Below the pieces are notes generated by a model, which ran no database searches, was not told the origin of the DNA, and saw nothing but the letters and a program-made list of their open reading frames with translations. Below, piece by piece: positions 60,028 through 64,000 of a stretch of DNA of 64,000 nt. Within the stretch, counting starts at the first letter, position 1, and each line of letters starts with the position of its first letter. Location of the stretch: IMG/VR virus record IMGVR_UViG_3300031555_003117, positions 1 through 64,000 of that record; one strand, written 5' to 3'. The DNA is from a virus. Lineage: Duplodnaviria > Caudoviricetes. A program made the translations under genes and the position numbers.

Positions 60028-60912
60028 TCATTCTGAAATTGATAGCGTCTTAACTTTGTCGTAGTACCTCTTATTTCGCTGTTTTTTATATTCAATCTCG
60101 GCTTTGTTTTGACATGCTGGGCAACGTTTGCTGCGATTATTCTTTGACTTTAGCCAGAATAGATCTCCGCAGTCGATGCATGTACCAGCTTTTACGATTT
60201 GTGGCTCAGGGTCTTTGCATATTGCGCAATATTTCCTTATTTGGTTCTTGCTTCCCTTAATCAAAATGCCGCATTCAGCGCAATGGACGAAATTTTCGCC
60301 CTTGTATTTGCGATACTCATAGCCAAGTTCTCTAAAATCCGAAATAAAGAGAACTCCGTCTGATTCCTCATCGAGAAATTCAACCCTGTAACTTGCATTG
60401 AACATATTTGACAACCTGATTAGCCCTTTTCGATAAAGAGTTTCTATGCGTCCATGTCGGTCGCCGACAGGATCGGTAACTCTTGCGATGCCAAAAACTT
60501 CTTTGTCGCTTGTGCGCACCCAATTGTCATTCTTCGGATTGCATCTGTTGTTGAATTTGGCTATGCAGAGCATGGTAAACATCAGGCGCTCTAAAACATC
60601 ATCGTTCAACGACTTAATGACGTCAAGCTCGCTTGCAGTAATCCATACGCCGTCTACCTCTCGCAGAGGATATTTGGATGCATTCTTAGCCATCCTCTCA
60701 ATTAAGCTGTCCCAGTACGACCTATCTTGCGAATATTCGAAAATGTGCTTTGATACAAACTCATGTAGCGCAGATTCGATTCTTTCGCGCTTATAGCCTT
60801 TGTGATGGTAATAATACTTTGCAATCGTAAACAGCGCTGCCATTGGCTTAACCTTTGGCAGACCATATTTTAAACAATCTTCGGCATATTCTTTTTCATT
60901 CAGAATAATCAT
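60028..60912 (-). CDS. Conserved SPbeta-like phage protein with C-terminal Zn ribbons
   Basis: CAECG..C..C and CIDCG..CPAC; directly downstream of RNAP. Confidence 0.65.
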   Translation of the reverse strand: MIILNEKEYAEDCLKYGLPKVKPMAALFTIAKYYYHHKGYKRERIESALHEFVSKHIFEYSQDRSYWDSLIERMAKNASKYPLREVDGVWITASELDVIKSLNDDVLERLMFTMLCIAKFNNRCNPKNDNWVRTSDKEVFGIARVTDPVGDRHGRIETLYRKGLIRLSNMFNASYRVEFLDEESDGVLFISDFRELGYEYRKYKGENFVHCAECGILIKGSKNQIRKYCAICKDPEPQIVKAGTCIDCGDLFWLKSKNNRSKRCPACQNKAEIEYKKQRNKRYYDKVKTLSISE

Positions 60913-61757
60913 AGTATTCCTCCGTAACAACGTGCTCCGTCATATTGAAATAATTACCTGCGTACATGAATTCACCCATATCATCTGTTTTAATGGGGTA
61001 GTGGATAACCGTACGATCTTTATTCGCAAGCCTTTTCAATAACACATCACCTACAACATCCCAAACAAACTGCTTAGAATTTTCTTTCGTGTAGCACATA
61101 TCCAATATAATATCGCACAAATCATCACTGTTTGTACAAACTCGTGAGCATTCAGACCTGAAAAACTGTTGTATTTGCAATCTGAACATGTAGAAATATT
61201 CCTTGTCTACTTTTTCGGTCTTTGCCTTTATCGCAGCCTTCATGAGCCTATTGGTGTAATTATTATAAATATCTGATACATCGTTGAAGTATTTTCTAGG
61301 AGTTATTGTGTCACTCCTAAGAATAGAGTAGTCAAATTCGATATCCTTTAAACCGGACTCTTTAAAGGATTTGAATTCTCTCTCAAAAATCCAACAGATA
61401 CGGTTTATAACACAAGGATTTTCACCGGTGGGGTTGTATCTGTTATATCGATCAAGAATTTCCATCATTTCATCTGTCTTAGATTCATATGCCTGCAAAT
61501 CCTTGATACTCTTGATTCCCAATGAAAAATATCGTCTAGCTGCAAAGGCTGTACCATTTTTGATATGATCCTTGTATTCTTTTTTGAGCGAGGGATAGAT
61601 GTAAATCATGAAATAGGGCTTCCGCTCTGCTGAAATGGAGCGGTTAAACTCCTTCATTGCAACTACATCTGGATCGTCACCATCTTCAATTTTCATTCCT
61701 CTGTTACTATACCAGTATTCGGGCATAGGTTTTGCGATAATGCCCTTTGCCCTATCA
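60896..61757 (-). CDS. YonO-like RNA polymerase exon 2
   Basis: Joins as ACG AT|T GAT AGG (N-T-I-D-R-A-K-G-I), in frame with ORF 60896..61726. Confidence 0.82.
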
Positions 61758-62844
61758 CCTTTATACCCTCGGTTTCCCGATATTTAGTAGGGGAGTAGAC
61801 TATATCATCATCTTATTGACAAATCAATAAGAGCAAGGCGCTTCCCTGCAGGACTTTCACCTGCGCGGTACGAACTTCATCTTCTGAATCAGAAGGTTTG
61901 TTCTAGTCGTTAGACCTTCTGCAACATCGCTGTCGCAGCTTGGCACTGGATTATCATGCGTATGGTTTATATAGCATCTTTCCATCGTCGATATGTCGCA
62001 ATTAAATAAACAGTGTGCCGAGGTATGCCTGTAATATCTGCAATTTCAGAATACTTCTTACCCTCTTTTTCATGTAAGAATCTTATTTTTCTCACATCAT
62101 CCAAACTGTATTTTGCTCCATTTTTATTATTTTCCATCTTTCTTTTTGATTCCTCAGACCAAGTATATCCTCTGCTCTTTTCAGACAGCATTTCGCCATA
62201 GGATTTACGTTCCTCTGCACTCATGCTTGCAAATCGTCTTTTCTGAGACTCTGACATCTTTAATTTGGTCTGTTCTGACAATTTCCGGCCAGTCATATTC
62301 ATTCGATTTTTAGCGCCTATCTTTTTCTTGGTTTCCTCAGATAAGTGCTTCCCTAAATATAACCCTTGCGAACCACCATCGTGTATATTATAAGCCATCC
62401 CCTGTTTCTTATATTTAGCGATTTCTGACATTTCCAACGCATCAATGTTTTTAATATCATTCATCGAGGTACAATCATGTAATATTACAAACTCAAATGT
62501 ATCTTCGCCAAATTTCAACCAATCGGATTGCAAATCAGAATTGCTGTGTTTGTTTGACCTTAAAAGAGCTTTATGGTGATCCCATCTATCGCCAAAGGAA
62601 TTCATCGTTTTTCCAACATAAATCTTTTTGTTTGCTCTGTTTCTTATGCCATATATTCCATAGGTTTTATATACGCTCATATTATCACCTCTATTGATAA
62701 TATAAACCATACGTTTAGACTTCCCAGTTAGCCGATTGATTAACCGCCATTTCCTGCGGCGACTATTCGCTCAATCGACACCTTGCATTTGCAAGTTCAC
62801 CTTGTTTTTCAATACATATCACTATGTAAAGCGACTATATACAA
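61758..62844 (-). ncRNA. Group I intron in RNA polymerase, 1087 nt, GIY-YIG ORF inserted upstream of P6/P7 (P5 region)
   Basis: P1 CGAU/GUCG; GGTCTAACGACTAG and GATATAGTCT P7 strands; ORF bracketed by the CGTATGGTTTATAT/ATATAAACCATACG inverted repeat. Confidence 0.88.
61967..62680 (-). CDS. Intron-encoded GIY-YIG homing endonuclease with NUMOD3-like repeats
   Basis: YGIYGIRN...IYVGKT...RW motif; HLSEETKKKI repeats; RBS GAGGTG. Confidence 0.9.
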   Translation of the reverse strand: MSVYKTYGIYGIRNRANKKIYVGKTMNSFGDRWDHHKALLRSNKHSNSDLQSDWLKFGEDTFEFVILHDCTSMNDIKNIDALEMSEIAKYKKQGMAYNIHDGGSQGLYLGKHLSEETKKKIGAKNRMNMTGRKLSEQTKLKMSESQKRRFASMSAEERKSYGEMLSEKSRGYTWSEESKRKMENNKNGAKYSLDDVRKIRFLHEKEGKKYSEIADITGIPRHTVYLIATYRRWKDAI

Positions 62845-64000
62845 ATCGTATTTTGCTGGTAATTTTGGCCGCACATGATGCGGTAGCTCAATGCATCGTA
62901 TTCCTTCGTACCTGGCTTAAATCCGGCTTGTTTTTCAATCATGCTGGTTACATGGTTGGTTACTACGCCGATATCGTCATTGAAGGCAAGTTTGTTCGCC
63001 TGAATAATGTCGGCCTCTTCGACAATTTTCTTTTCTGCCTTGCGCTGCATGCACATGATAGTAGGGGAGTTCAATGTGCGCCTGAGCAGAATAGGATTAT
63101 CCGTACACATGTTAGTGTCGCCATCGAAGTCGCTGCCGTTCATCGCTTCGCATGCAGTGTCCCAAGCGTTGTAAATCAGAGCAGTTTCGATATACTGATA
63201 CCAATGCAGCGCTTCACTACTGGAACATAGTTTCATCTTACGGATGTTGTTATGCGCGGTCATTGGAGCCCTGAAGCAAACCAGCTCCGTTGCCCCTTTG
63301 TCTATCCAATACTTATGATAGATCTCCTGCCTTTTCAGAAGTCCGGTAATCTCCATCCCGAACATACTCTGACATAGCGCATATGGATCGCCAGAGATCA
63401 TCGCATAATTGGCATTTACACGAATCGTGCCGTGCTTGGCCTTCTGGATGCGATTAGAAATCATCCTCCAGACCTTCTTGCGGATATATGGATCATTAAT
63501 CATCCGCTTATCAATCATGAGAGCCTTGATATAAGAATCAAATTCCGCCCGATCAATATTGTCCTCATTCAAGCCGTAGCCGACCAGAAATGCAAGCGTC
63601 TTCCTGTAATCTAAGCCCAGCACGTCGTTGATCTCGTCTATCGTAGGCTGGCACAATTCCTGCAGCTCTTCATCTGTGAAAGTATAGCTCTGCAAAAACT
63701 GATAATTGGTATCACGCACATGCTCCAATTCCATCGGCGTTGTCTTGGTTACAGAAAACTCGTAGTGGTTTTTCTGGCAATTGGCGTAGTAATCCTCCCA
63801 GCTCTCATAGCAGTTCCAGAGCTTTAGCATTGAAGCGGTAAGAATTACTTCTGCGTCGCGCACATCGCGCTTATGTCCCCAAATATCTGTGATCTCATAA
63901 GTTCCAGCTACTTTCTCGGCAAACTCCACGAAGTCGAAGGTGTAAACCATTCCCTTTGTCCATGAATACCGCGTATTCATACCAGAGATCGTATGCTCGC
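62845..64000 (-). CDS. YonO-like single-subunit (two-barrel) RNA polymerase exon 1, 5' part outside window
   Basis: FRAPM and NGSDFDGD catalytic motifs; frame stays open to the window edge. Confidence 0.88.

Overview
The window starts at the end of a host tRNA cluster (partial Phe, Gly, Cys). An integrase follows, then about 62 kb of a large SPbeta-like siphoviral prophage of a Clostridia-type Firmicute; the far prophage end lies outside the window. Almost everything from about 60 kb down to 1.4 kb is one minus-strand late region. In transcription order it holds a YonO-like single-subunit RNA polymerase (running off the window), two phage tRNAs, a phosphoesterase, HU, terminase, portal, protease/scaffold, capsid, head-tail and tail genes, RecU, a second tyrosine recombinase, tape measure protein (TMP), Dit, a 1989 aa tail spike, a lysis cassette, a collagen-like fibre, a complete diversity-generating retroelement (target-avd-TR-RT) and an accessory fibre cluster. 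Five group I introns can be placed to the nucleotide because removing them restores the reading frames: three in TMP (predicted spliced product 3244 aa), one in TerL and one in the RNAP. Three introns carry homing endonucleases. The most interesting observation is that two TMP introns instead carry independently promoted cargo. One is a 2.7 kb intron with a perfect 12-nt guide matching both exon junctions and four accessory genes. The other is a 782 nt intron holding what looks like a type I toxin-antitoxin module. This suggests self-splicing introns used as silent cargo bays inside an essential virion gene. Protein family names come from motif recognition, not database searches.
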